Shown here piece by piece: positions 49,345 through 58,712 of a stretch of DNA of 64,000 nt (position 1 is its first letter; every line of letters starts with the position of its first letter). This DNA comes from Nitrospiraceae bacterium. GTDB taxonomy: Bacteria; Nitrospirota; Nitrospiria; Nitrospirales; Nitrospiraceae. A model generated the notes under the pieces. The model was not told the DNA's origin, did not search any database, and saw nothing but the letters and a program-made list of their open reading frames with translations. The DNA is taken from contig JBFWWG010000003.1 of assembly GCA_050246315.1 (NCBI GenBank), positions 160,001 through 224,000 on the forward strand, read 5' to 3'. A program made the position numbers and the translations under genes.

Positions 49345-49429
49345 ACTGGACCAAAGGGCCATATCTGTGAGCCTGCGGCTGCGTTGACGTGAACGACCAC
49401 GTCACTTGACACGTCGCTTGAATGGACGG

Positions 49430-49639
49430 CTAGCCCATATTATTCATGACGGTTCGTCGCGAAACCGCGAGGTCGCCACGCGAGAGGGGCTCGCCATACC
49501 GCACTCCGTGTGAGCCGACGGCTCACCGGGCAAAGTCCCTCTTCATTGTCGCCGCCGGAGAAATCCCTTCGATTGGCCGACCTGTCGTAGCGGCGAATGC
49601 ACGGTTGCAGCAGAGGAGGTCATGAAGAATGTGGGCTAG
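49430..49639. mobile_element. 210-bp MITE-like element, same family as 31862-32077, opposite orientation, different core
   Basis: TIRs CTAGCCCATATTATTCATGAC / GTCATGAAGAATGTGGGCTAG (19/21); subterminal arms homologous to the 31862 copy; core matches DNA directly after the tRNA. Confidence 0.8.
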
Positions 49640-50006
49640 ACTCCGGATCGAAGCAACCCCGCCCGCTCACTGTATGGATCTGACTCTCATGAATACGGTT
49701 CCAATTTCTCTCTCCTTCCCCTCGCGGCACCGGACGGAATGTGCCTCGAATAGACAAACTATTCCCTGCCAAACTACTGAATAACGCACGCAATTCGCTC
49801 CAGCACTCCGGCCGTTCATGACAGCAAGTGACTACCACGAGGCCGACCTTCCTGTGAGGCCGACACTCGATGATCCCTTCGTCAACAAATCAGCCCGTTA
49901 GAAGGCAGCGCCTCTCGCCGAGTCAGGTCCGCAGTTTGCACATCCTCTCGACAGCATGTCGGGGCGAGCCGTGAAGCCGTCGAAAGAGGAGTTGGGTCGC
50001 GACCAT

Positions 50007-50319
50007 CGAGCCTGCATGATCCACATCCACGATGACTTCTACGGCTACCGTCGTCCGATCCATTGCGGGAGAAGAGCACCGGGTGCCTCGGGTGCGACAA
50101 GGTTGGCCGCACCTGAAGGGCGGCCAACCGCGCGAGTTCGCTCCTCACCCCCTCGGCATGCTGTTCCGAGTAGGCCTCGGAGTCTCGCGATTCCGCACGG
50201 AGGTACCCATTGCGGCGAGGTATCCCTTGCCCTCCAGTTCGCAAGCGGTCGGAGCCATGGGTCCAACGCGTTGCACCTCCGCGGTTTCGTCACGAAATCT
50301 CGTGCAGCATGCGGGCTGG
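50007..50319. mobile_element. degenerate, expanded copy of the CTAG-ended MITE family
   Basis: Shares TGCGACAAGGTTGGCCG, CCTCGGCATGCTGTT..AGTAGGCCTCGG and CTCCGCGGTTTCGTCACGAA..CTCGTG..ATGCGGGCT with the 31862 copy; carries two insertions. Confidence 0.75.
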
Positions 50320-50405
50320 GGAGACTAGTAAGGAACCTGCGGGGCCAGGGCCACAAGACTGTATCCGGTTCCACGAGATGTCCTTTCACCTAAGGAGACA
50401 CATTC

Positions 50406-51518
50406 ATGAAAATTGCACAAGTCGCGCCCCTTTGGGAAAGTGTTCCGCCGACCCTTTATGGAGGCACGGAACGGGTAGTCTCGTTCATCACCGAGGAATT
50501 GGTGCGCTTGGGGCATGATGTCACGCTGTTTGCCAGCGGTGATTCGGTCACTTCCGCTCGTTTAGATGCCATCTGCCCTCGGGCCCTGCGCTTGATCGAA
50601 GGCGTGTTCAATCGTGATGCCCCGTTGATCTCGCTCATGGAGCGCGCCTTCGGCGCCTCTCGATCGGCCTCTGATTTCGATGTGATCCATTCTCATTTGG
50701 ACTTCATCGGATTTCCCTTGGCTCGTCGTTGCTCCACCCCGGTGGTGACCACCTTCCATGGACGGTTGGATCTTCCTGAACTACGACCGGTCTTCGACGA
50801 GTTCGCGGAGCAGGCGGTCGTTTCGATTTCCGACGCGCAGCGCTTGCCGGTTCCCTGGCTGAATTGGCAAGCCACGGTGCACCACGGGTTGCCGAAAGAT
50901 CTCTACACCTTTCATCCGGAGCCGGGAAAGTACCTGGCGTTCCTCGGTCGTATCGCCCCGGAGAAAAGACCGGATCATGCGATTGAAATCGCCAAACGAG
51001 TGGGCATGCCGCTCCGCATTGCCGCCAAGGTCGATCCGGCCGATCGGGAGTACTTCCGTGCCCAGATTGAGCCGTTGCTCGACCATCCGCTGGTGGAGTA
51101 CATCGGCGAAATCACCGACCCGGAAAAGGATGATTTTCTGGGCCAAGCCTACGCCTTGTTGGCACCTTACGACTGGCCGGAACCCTTCGGACTGGTCTTG
51201 ATTGAAGCGCTGGCCTGCGGCACGCCGGTTCTGGCCTATCAGCGGGGTTCCGTTCCGGAAATCGTTGACCACGGCATCACCGGCTTTATTTCCGAATACC
51301 TAAGCGAGATGGCCGATTCAGTCGAACAGGTGGCACAAATCGACCGTGCCCGCTGCCGCCAGGCTTTTGAACAACGTTTCACCATCGAACGGATGGTCCG
51401 CGGATATCTCAAGGTTTACGAGCAATTGGCCGGATCTCGCAGGACGCGGCTTTTGCGAAACGGCCGCGGAACTCCCCATGCCATTCCCGCGATGAGGACT
51501 CAGACCGTCATGACCTGA
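50406..51518 (+). CDS. glycosyltransferase family 4 (AviGT4-like)
   Basis: MKIAQVAPLWESVPP.LYGGTERVV, WPEPFGLVLIEALACGTPV; TAAGGAG RBS. Confidence 0.92.
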   Translation: MKIAQVAPLWESVPPTLYGGTERVVSFITEELVRLGHDVTLFASGDSVTSARLDAICPRALRLIEGVFNRDAPLISLMERAFGASRSASDFDVIHSHLDFIGFPLARRCSTPVVTTFHGRLDLPELRPVFDEFAEQAVVSISDAQRLPVPWLNWQATVHHGLPKDLYTFHPEPGKYLAFLGRIAPEKRPDHAIEIAKRVGMPLRIAAKVDPADREYFRAQIEPLLDHPLVEYIGEITDPEKDDFLGQAYALLAPYDWPEPFGLVLIEALACGTPVLAYQRGSVPEIVDHGITGFISEYLSEMADSVEQVAQIDRARCRQAFEQRFTIERMVRGYLKVYEQLAGSRRTRLLRNGRGTPHAIPAMRTQTVMT

Positions 51519-51687
51519 CCGCCTCGGACGCTTGGGGACGAGCGGTCGTTCGGAGGGATCCGACTGCAACCGATCTGCGCGAGCGTTTCGAAGCCGAGCG
51601 GGGCCCTGCTCGTGAGGCGTGAGAGCCCGGCACGCATCAGCGTCCTCGGGCCAGTGGGACGTGACCAGAAGACCGAGGAGGGATGTT

Positions 51688-51867
51688 ATGCGATGTCAGC
51701 GATGCGGCGGGCATATGGTGCAAGAATGGTTTTCGGAGTTCTACGACCGTCGAAGAGGCGACCATATTCAAGGATGGCGCTGCATCAACTGCGGGCACCT
51801 GTTCGATCCGGTGATCCTCTATCGCCAACGGACCATGCCCGCCGCGCCGATGGCTCTCGACACGTAG
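51688..51867 (+). CDS. small zinc-ribbon protein (59 aa)
   Basis: MRCQRCGG...GWRCINCG; GAGGAGG RBS. Confidence 0.7.
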   Translation: MRCQRCGGHMVQEWFSEFYDRRRGDHIQGWRCINCGHLFDPVILYRQRTMPAAPMALDT

Positions 51868-51938
51868 ATCCCTGCACCGATCGGAATCTGGCTCGCGATG
51901 CTCCAGTATCCTTCGTCCCTGAATCCATGCGAGGTGAC

Positions 51939-53633
51939 TCACGCCTCTGTACGGAATCCGTACAGCAACGTGATATTGATCCGCCTGGTCAAATAAGTAT
52001 CTTTGAATCGGACGTCATCGGTCTCATGAAACAGATCTGAATTAAAGATCACCGCCCGGTTACAGCGGTAGGGGATGCGGACCATCTTAGCGCCGGTTTT
52101 TTCGAGAAAGTCTAGAATCATTCCGCGATTCTTCTCGCTGTTGTAGGCTTTGAAGTTCCAGTCGCGCGGAGCCTCCTTGTCCCAGACCACCAGCCCTCCG
52201 GTCTCCGGATCGAGGTTCGCCTCATCCGGTGTGATCCAGAAATTGACGTTCACAGCGGCGGCGTCGGCATGCATCCCCAGCCCTCGCCTCGCGCTGTCGT
52301 GCTTGAACGACCAGGCCTGAGTCAGCCGGTGGTCCTTGAAGATCGCGGGAAAACGGAGACGCAACTCTTCCGCGATCTGAAAGAGCAGAGGGGAGGCGAG
52401 TCCATCGCCGATAAAGGCGCCGAGATAGCCGTTCTCGTACTCCTTCTTCCAAATCGTGGCCTCCAGACAGAACCGTTGCATACCGGCCAAGGCCTCCGGC
52501 GTGAGAAGGTGATCCACATACATGATCTCCGGTTTCTGTCGGTGGTACTCGGCTTCGATCGCCGGCACATCCAACTGCGGGTTCAGCGCACCGGCCGCCA
52601 GGGACTCGGCCTGACTTGGAAAGACGATGCGGTTCAATGACGGCGCGATGGCGGCCGCGTCGTCTTCATTCAGCGACACCCATGTGGACTGAGGCGCCGC
52701 CATATCGGCCTTGTCGCGAACACGCGTCAGCCGATCCAGATAGTCCCTGGAATCAGGCCCCAACCGTCCTTCGCCCATCAAGTATGCGACCTGCTCCGCT
52801 TCATGCTTCAACCTCGCTCGCGAGATGGTCCCTCCGGCGACAGGCCGGCCATGGTCATGTTTGATCTCGGCCGAACGCCTCAGGCTGGCGACCGAGGCCT
52901 CGATCTGCCCCTTCCAGAGATACACCAGCCCGAGATGGTAATGGCCTTTCGGATTCGCCGGCTCGGTGCGAACGACACGCTGGAACGCCGCCACTGCTTC
53001 GTCGAGGCGACCGCTCTCCATCAAGGCGAGCCCCAAGTTATTCTGTGCCTCCACATGTCCGGGCTTGAGACGAAGCGCCTCCCGGTAAGCTTCGATGGCC
53101 TCGTGCACCAGTCCCTGTTCCTTGAGCGCCACCCCGAGACCGTTATGAGCCTCCACAGCGGCAGGATTCGCCACGAGGGCGCGGCGATACGACTCCACGG
53201 CCTCCTCCGATCGTCCTTGATCTCGCAACAGATTACCGAGATTGACGAGGGCGTCGACATAGCGGGGGAATCGGCTGATGGCCTCGCGATAGGCTTCCTC
53301 GGCCTCCGCGACAGCGCCTTTTCGTTGGCTCACGACACCGAGATTGAAATGGTAGGTGGATTGGGAATTGTCCGAGCAAATCGCTCGCCGAATCAACTCG
53401 CAGGCCTCATCGAGTCGCCCCAACCGATAGACCACCAGCCCGAGCAAATGAGCCGCTTCGGCGTGCTCTGGTTGCTGTGCCAGAACGGTTTCATAGAGTC
53501 TGGCCGCCTCCGATAGACGACCGGCCTGGTGATGCGTGCGACCCTCCTGGAGCAGCGGGGCCAGAGCAGTCTGTGCCTGTCGCCCCCCTCCGCGCTGGAG
53601 CTTGTCCTCGCGCCGCCGATCCGCACGGTTCAT
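51939..53633 (-). CDS. TPR-repeat protein with C-terminal 2OG-Fe(II) oxygenase-like domain
   Basis: ~7 TPRs; MHADAA (HxD), VNVNFWITP, AVIFNSDLFHET (distal His), RINITLLYG. Confidence 0.75.
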   Translation of the reverse strand: MNRADRRREDKLQRGGGRQAQTALAPLLQEGRTHHQAGRLSEAARLYETVLAQQPEHAEAAHLLGLVVYRLGRLDEACELIRRAICSDNSQSTYHFNLGVVSQRKGAVAEAEEAYREAISRFPRYVDALVNLGNLLRDQGRSEEAVESYRRALVANPAAVEAHNGLGVALKEQGLVHEAIEAYREALRLKPGHVEAQNNLGLALMESGRLDEAVAAFQRVVRTEPANPKGHYHLGLVYLWKGQIEASVASLRRSAEIKHDHGRPVAGGTISRARLKHEAEQVAYLMGEGRLGPDSRDYLDRLTRVRDKADMAAPQSTWVSLNEDDAAAIAPSLNRIVFPSQAESLAAGALNPQLDVPAIEAEYHRQKPEIMYVDHLLTPEALAGMQRFCLEATIWKKEYENGYLGAFIGDGLASPLLFQIAEELRLRFPAIFKDHRLTQAWSFKHDSARRGLGMHADAAAVNVNFWITPDEANLDPETGGLVVWDKEAPRDWNFKAYNSEKNRGMILDFLEKTGAKMVRIPYRCNRAVIFNSDLFHETDDVRFKDTYLTRRINITLLYGFRTEA

Positions 53634-53781
53634 GGCCGCCTCCTCTGATACCCGCTCGACGGAACAGGAACGTGCCAGCGTAGCGCAAACTGATGTGGCC
53701 GGTCAAAGTCGTCGGGGGCAACCTCTCGTGGCAAGGCTGTTCTGCAGAATGTGTCGGCTCGTATGATCCGGTAGGAACGAG

Positions 53782-55200
53782 CTATCCGGCCTTGGCGAGG
53801 ACCGGCCGCTGCCCGCGCTGTTTCACGATGTCGAGCGCCGCGATGCGATAGGCTTCTGCGTAGGTGGGAAAATTGAAGATGCCTTCGACGAAGGTCTCGA
53901 CGGAGTTGCCGTTGATCAAGGCCAACTCGCCGAGGTGGATCAACTCGGTCGCGTTCTCTCCGATGATCTGCACGCCCAACAACCGATGCCCGTCCGGCCC
54001 CGCGATCATTTTGAGTAACCCTTGACCGGAACCGGCAATCTGTCCCCTGGCTACTTCTGAGAAGTCCGCTCGTCCCACCACGATATTCCCATACCGTTCG
54101 CGAGCGCGTGATTCGTCCAACCCCACGCAGGACAGCTCGGGAATAGTGTAAATGCCCATCGGAATCAAATGATCCGCGGCGCTGACCGCCATCCCCAACG
54201 CATGACACATCGCGCGGCGACCTTGCTCCATGGCGGAGGAGGCCAGCGATGGAGGGCCGGCCATATCTCCCACCGCATAGATATGCGGCACTGGCGTTTG
54301 ACAGTGTTGATTGACCGACACGTAGCCCTTGCCATTTGTCTCAAGACCCGCCGCTCCGAGGTTGAGATCCTCCAGATTGGGCTGTCGGCCGGAGGCCACC
54401 AGCATTTTTTCAGCGACGATCTCCTCACCGTTCTCGAGCGTGGCCACCACGGAGAGCACCCCGTCCCATCGGACAGTCTTGACCCGCTGCCGCCCGCAGT
54501 ACCGGCCTCCGTACCCCTCGAAGCTGGCAAGAAACCGTTCTGTCAACTCGGCGTCGATGAACTGCAAGGGGCGGGGAGCCGCATCAATGATCGTCACCGA
54601 CACGCCCAAAAGAGAAAAGATCGAGGCGTACTCGCATCCGACCACACCCGCTCCCACAATCGCCAGTGACCGCGGCAGATAGATCATCGACAGGATGGAA
54701 TCGCTGTCCAGGATATGTTCGTGATCGACAGGAATGTTGGCCGGATGCCTCGGCCGAGAGCCGGTGGCCAATACGATGAGCTCAGCGTCCAGTTCATGGG
54801 TGAGTCCGGCTACGGTCGTCAGGGCAAGGCGATGACTGGACAGAAATCGAGAACAGCCGTGCAGCACAGCAATGCCGTTGCGACGCAATTGGTCGCCCAT
54901 GTATCGGCCATGGGCGGAGACCACTTCCTCAAGCCGCTGCATGAGCATGCCGACCTCTACACCCTCGCGCAGTTTGCAGTCGAAGACAGCAGCCCCGCGC
55001 TTGACCCGTTCGAGGCTCAAAGCAGCCTCCCGCAGCGTCTTGCTGGGGATAGTCCCTCGGTAGACACAGGCTCCGCCCACCCCCGGCTCCCGCTCGATGA
55101 CGGCCACACGCTTCCCGCATTTGGCCGCCATGATGGCAGCCTTTTGACCGGCCGGTCCGCTCCCGATCACCAGCACGTCGTATGTGGTGACGGTGCTCAT
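53782..55200 (-). CDS. sthA: soluble (Si-specific) NAD(P)+ transhydrogenase
   Basis: GSGPAGQKAA, GGACVYRGTIPSKTLRE (single Cys), FNFPTYAEAYRIAA. Confidence 0.93.
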   Translation of the reverse strand: MSTVTTYDVLVIGSGPAGQKAAIMAAKCGKRVAVIEREPGVGGACVYRGTIPSKTLREAALSLERVKRGAAVFDCKLREGVEVGMLMQRLEEVVSAHGRYMGDQLRRNGIAVLHGCSRFLSSHRLALTTVAGLTHELDAELIVLATGSRPRHPANIPVDHEHILDSDSILSMIYLPRSLAIVGAGVVGCEYASIFSLLGVSVTIIDAAPRPLQFIDAELTERFLASFEGYGGRYCGRQRVKTVRWDGVLSVVATLENGEEIVAEKMLVASGRQPNLEDLNLGAAGLETNGKGYVSVNQHCQTPVPHIYAVGDMAGPPSLASSAMEQGRRAMCHALGMAVSAADHLIPMGIYTIPELSCVGLDESRARERYGNIVVGRADFSEVARGQIAGSGQGLLKMIAGPDGHRLLGVQIIGENATELIHLGELALINGNSVETFVEGIFNFPTYAEAYRIAALDIVKQRGQRPVLAKAG

Positions 55201-56060
55201 AGCGACAAGCTGTCCACGACCATCTCCACCTTATCCTTCGCGGCGACCAGGGCATCAAGGTCCTTCGGATAGAGGTTCAAGGCCGCAAAGGCCTGGTGCT
55301 TCCTAAGCGCAGCTTCATCCACCAGGGCTGGATCGAGCAGGAAAGTCGCCAGTCGATCGGCCACGCAGGTCATCATGACTTCCTGCTTGAATGACTCCGC
55401 CTGATCGTATTGCCGGTAGTGTGCAATCGATTCCCGCGCCTGTTTGGGCAGTTGCCATTTGTCGGCCAACTGCATCCCCAGAGCCACATGATGGGCTTCG
55501 ATCACCTCATCCAAGAGATCCGGCTCCAACGGGATCTTCAGTTCCGCGCTCAGACCGACGCAAGAATTCAGAACGACCGGCTTCCCCACGGCATGCAACA
55601 GGCCGCACACATACGCGCTTTCCATGTTCAGCCGCTTGAGCTTCGCCACCTCCTTTGCATAGACACCGCTCGCCAGCGAATGTTTCCAAAGGAACTGCAT
55701 GCGGCGATCATGCCCTGGCGCCACGAAGGTCCCCGCCTTGAGCGAGACGGTCAAGGCGATTTCCGACAGCAGGGTCATACCCAGCATCGACACCGCATGT
55801 TGAAGTGATACGATCGGCGTCCGTGGCATGTAGGCCGGCGAATTGGCGATGCGTAACACGTGCGCGGCGAGGGCCTGGTCACGATGGATCAGTCCCGCCA
55901 ACTTGGCCGCATCGGAATCCGGATTGTTGACCAGCGCCAGGATTTGCGTTGCCACGTTGGGCAGTAACGGCAACTCGATCTTCTCGTTGCCGATGCGCTC
56001 GATCAGCGCTTGTTCGATCGGTTCGTAGGCGGTAGGTCCGGCGGTACGGGGACTGCTCAT
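55197..56060 (-). CDS. HDOD domain protein
   Basis: LPLLPNVA, DQALAAHVLRIANSP, AVSMLG, WKHS, GLLHAVGK, HHVALG..WQLP. Confidence 0.9.
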   Translation of the reverse strand: MSSPRTAGPTAYEPIEQALIERIGNEKIELPLLPNVATQILALVNNPDSDAAKLAGLIHRDQALAAHVLRIANSPAYMPRTPIVSLQHAVSMLGMTLLSEIALTVSLKAGTFVAPGHDRRMQFLWKHSLASGVYAKEVAKLKRLNMESAYVCGLLHAVGKPVVLNSCVGLSAELKIPLEPDLLDEVIEAHHVALGMQLADKWQLPKQARESIAHYRQYDQAESFKQEVMMTCVADRLATFLLDPALVDEAALRKHQAFAALNLYPKDLDALVAAKDKVEMVVDSLSL

Positions 56061-56218
56061 GTCAACCTCGTGCCGGTTCAGATAGCTTCGTGCGGCGGTA
56101 ACAACTCACTGTCTTGTCGGTGATTCCGGCCGCAAACTTTACCGAGTCCGGCCCGAGTCGGTCTCTTGTTCTGGCCATGCCGGTATGGTAATGACCGAGA
56201 GTGACGGAGGAACACTCG

Positions 56219-57151
56219 ATGGCGTCTGAGGCGAGGACCAAATTGACCTATGCCCTCTATCCAGGTTGTGCTGCCAAAGGCGCGACCCCGGAGTTGTATC
56301 AATCCACCATGGCGATCCTGCCGAGGCTGGATCTCAAGGTGGTCGAGTTAGCCGCCGCCTCCTGTTGCGGCGCTGGAGTGCTCACCGAAGAAGATCCTGA
56401 TGCGGCCCTGGCGCTCAATGCGCGCACGTTTGCTCAAGCCGAGCAGCTCGGCCTCGATATCATGACCATCTGTGGTACTTGCCAGGGCGTCATGAGCGCC
56501 GCCAATCGACGGCTCAAGACCGAGCCGGGACTGCTTGACCGTATCAACGGGATTCTCGGACAGGAGGGCATCAATTATCGCGGCACCGTGCAGGTCAAAC
56601 ATCTGCTCTGGATTCTGGTCAAGGATGTGGGGCTCCAGCGTCTGCGCGACGAAGTTCGCCTACCCCTCCAGCAACTGCACATCGCGCCGTTCTATGGTTG
56701 CTCGATCCTGCGACCCTCTTGGCATCTTGGATTTGACGACCCAGAAAATCCCACCTCGTTGGAACGTGTCATCCGCGCGGTCAGCGCCGAGCCGATCGTG
56801 TATGCCGGGCGGACCAAATGTTGCGGCTTCCCCATCATTCTAGAGAAGGAAACCATTGCGGTAACGATGGCGGGCCAGAATATGAAGGAGGCGAGGGAAT
56901 CGGGAGCCGATGCTATGGTGACCCCCTGTCCGCTCTGCCACATGGGCCTGGACATTTATCAAGAGCGAGCAGGCCAGTCCGTAGGCACGACCCTGAATCT
57001 ACCGATCCTCCACCTGCCTCAGTTGCTCGGACTCGCAATGGGGTTGTCGGCCAAGGATCTGGGACTGGCCCGTCATTTGGTCTCCGTGGAATCGCTGGTG
57101 CGTAAAATCGAGCGGCCCTCCGTGGCTGTCATTCCTAAAGGAGCCGATTGA
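56219..57151 (+). CDS. CCG-domain Fe-S protein (SdhE/HdrB-like)
   Basis: YPGC..SCCGAG..TICGTC and FYGC..KCCG..TPCPLC tandem CCG domains; GGAGG RBS. Confidence 0.85.
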   Translation: MASEARTKLTYALYPGCAAKGATPELYQSTMAILPRLDLKVVELAAASCCGAGVLTEEDPDAALALNARTFAQAEQLGLDIMTICGTCQGVMSAANRRLKTEPGLLDRINGILGQEGINYRGTVQVKHLLWILVKDVGLQRLRDEVRLPLQQLHIAPFYGCSILRPSWHLGFDDPENPTSLERVIRAVSAEPIVYAGRTKCCGFPIILEKETIAVTMAGQNMKEARESGADAMVTPCPLCHMGLDIYQERAGQSVGTTLNLPILHLPQLLGLAMGLSAKDLGLARHLVSVESLVRKIERPSVAVIPKGAD

Positions 57152-57468
57152 TGAAGACCATCAAACTATCTGATTATCAAATATTTAGCTCTGATAAGAT
57201 GAAGAAGAACAATATCTTTCAGACCACGCGGTTTTTCTGCGATGTGTACTGTTTCGAGCCTGGCCAGGAGCAGAAGGGCCATGTGCATGGCGAGCAAGAC
57301 AAGATCTATCTCGTACTGGAAGGGCAGGGAACATTTCAGGTTGGACAGGACCGGCAGATCCTCGGCCCAGGGGAGGGGACCATGGCTCCGGCCGGAGAAC
57401 CGCATGGAGTCCTGAACCATGGCAACCAGCGGTTACGAGTGCTCGTGTTTGTTGCGCCGAATCCATGA
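57151..57468 (+). CDS. cupin-2 domain protein
   Basis: EPGQEQKGHVH..YLVLEGQG..APAGEPHG. Confidence 0.85.
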   Translation: MKTIKLSDYQIFSSDKMKKNNIFQTTRFFCDVYCFEPGQEQKGHVHGEQDKIYLVLEGQGTFQVGQDRQILGPGEGTMAPAGEPHGVLNHGNQRLRVLVFVAPNP

Positions 57469-57602
57469 GCCGCATTCTTCACGAGCAGACGTGACAAAAC
57501 CGCGGAGATGTTATCCGTTGGATCGCATTGTGAATCATGAGGGTCAATGAGCCGCGTCAATCGTCAGCTGACCTTCATCGGGCGGGGGTTTTCGTTTGAC
57601 GA

Positions 57603-57990
57603 TTAGCGATCTTCCCGTTCCAGGGGGATTGTGACACTGATCGCTCCGGCCAATCCACCCACATGCCGGCCCTCCCTGAGGTAGCCGGAAATATCCTCCA
57701 CGCCTTTTGGCTCTCCGTGACAGCCCATACATGCGGTCTCGTAGTAGATCGGCACCAGCAGCCGCAGGGTACGGCCGCCGTCCGCCAGCTCGCTCGACGG
57801 GTCACGACTCCCAGGCATGGCGGCGAATTGTCCAAGAACCGCTTCCTCATAATAGGGATCCGGCTCATTCTTTGGGTTACGGGGTGATAGAGCCGTCTGC
57901 TTGAGGCGCACCGCCGAGCCGACAGAAAAGCGCCTGGCTGCCCGGCTCCCGAAGGTGGCGGGAATAAAATTCTTGCATCCAACCCCTCGT
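57603..57990 (-). pseudogene. N-terminally truncated DUF3365/Tll0287-like c-type heme protein
   Basis: FIPATFG, PRNPKNEPD, CMGCHG heme motif, GAISVTIP; no signal peptide or N-terminal half. Confidence 0.65.
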
Positions 57991-57999
57991 CGGCAGCTT

Positions 58000-58712
58000 C
58001 TCAAGGATCACGTCAACCGGCGGGTTCTGCGATTCGTAGGCCGCGGGAAGCAAATCACATAGGACCACGTCATACATCGCTAAATGCTCCTTCGCATACA
58101 CAGGGGAGCTTCTCAACCCCGGAACCGCCACGCGGACTCCCTCGAATGCGCGGCTGACCCGTGTTCGGACCTCGCCGGCCTGGGTCGCTGCCTGAAGGCG
58201 AGCTTGGACTGACTGCGCAAGCTCCCGGCTTCGTACCATACCTCCGATGGCGCCGTCATCGTCGTAGGGGATGGAGTAAGCGATGCCGGCGGCCTGTTCC
58301 ATCGGGACATTGGCGTAAAGTTATTCCAACGGGGATTCAGGAACACCGAATGTTGGTCCGTGGTGAACTCTTCGGTGCGAACGCTGAAGAATTGATAGAT
58401 GGCCCGAAGCTCGAGATCGCCGTAACGCAGCGCCGTGAACCCAGCCTGAATGCCGATCTCGCGGTCACTGAGGGCAAAGGTCTGTTTGCGGATGGCGATG
58501 TCGAGGTTAATCGGCTTGATCGGCAGAAGATCCAGCAACGCTTCTTGAGCCGAGGCAGGGTCAGCAATGGCCGACAGGAGGCTCAAGACAAACGGCACCG
58601 CGTACCGATGGTTGCCACAGGACAGGGGACGAGAGACCACGGAACCCCTCCGTCCCGTTTCGTGGGTGCTCAGGATTGCCGAACACCTACTCTGTCGCGA
58701 CAGGAACAACAC
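58000..58712 (-). pseudogene. fragmented exported/outer-membrane protein gene(s)
   Basis: Signal-like LSLLSAIADPASAQE then beta-strand-like sequence to FLNPRWNNF (~58320), after which that frame turns low-complexity while another frame (58302-~57990) reads protein-like. Confidence 0.4.

Noticed and set aside
49494..49568. c-di-GMP-I riboswitch in the MITE core (GGGCAAAG motif)
   Set aside because: Lacks the GNRA tetraloop/receptor and P1-P2 arrangement and is not positioned as a 5' leader; an Rfam scan would settle it
39247..49639. Classical integrase-driven genomic island or prophage at tRNA-Gly
   Set aside because: No integrase or phage genes and no duplication of the tRNA 3' half; only the trailer-like repeat reported as a finding
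57547..57560. Second Crp/Fnr-like box ATGAGCCGCGTCAA
   Set aside because: Lies between convergent 3' ends with no gene start or -10 at a suitable distance
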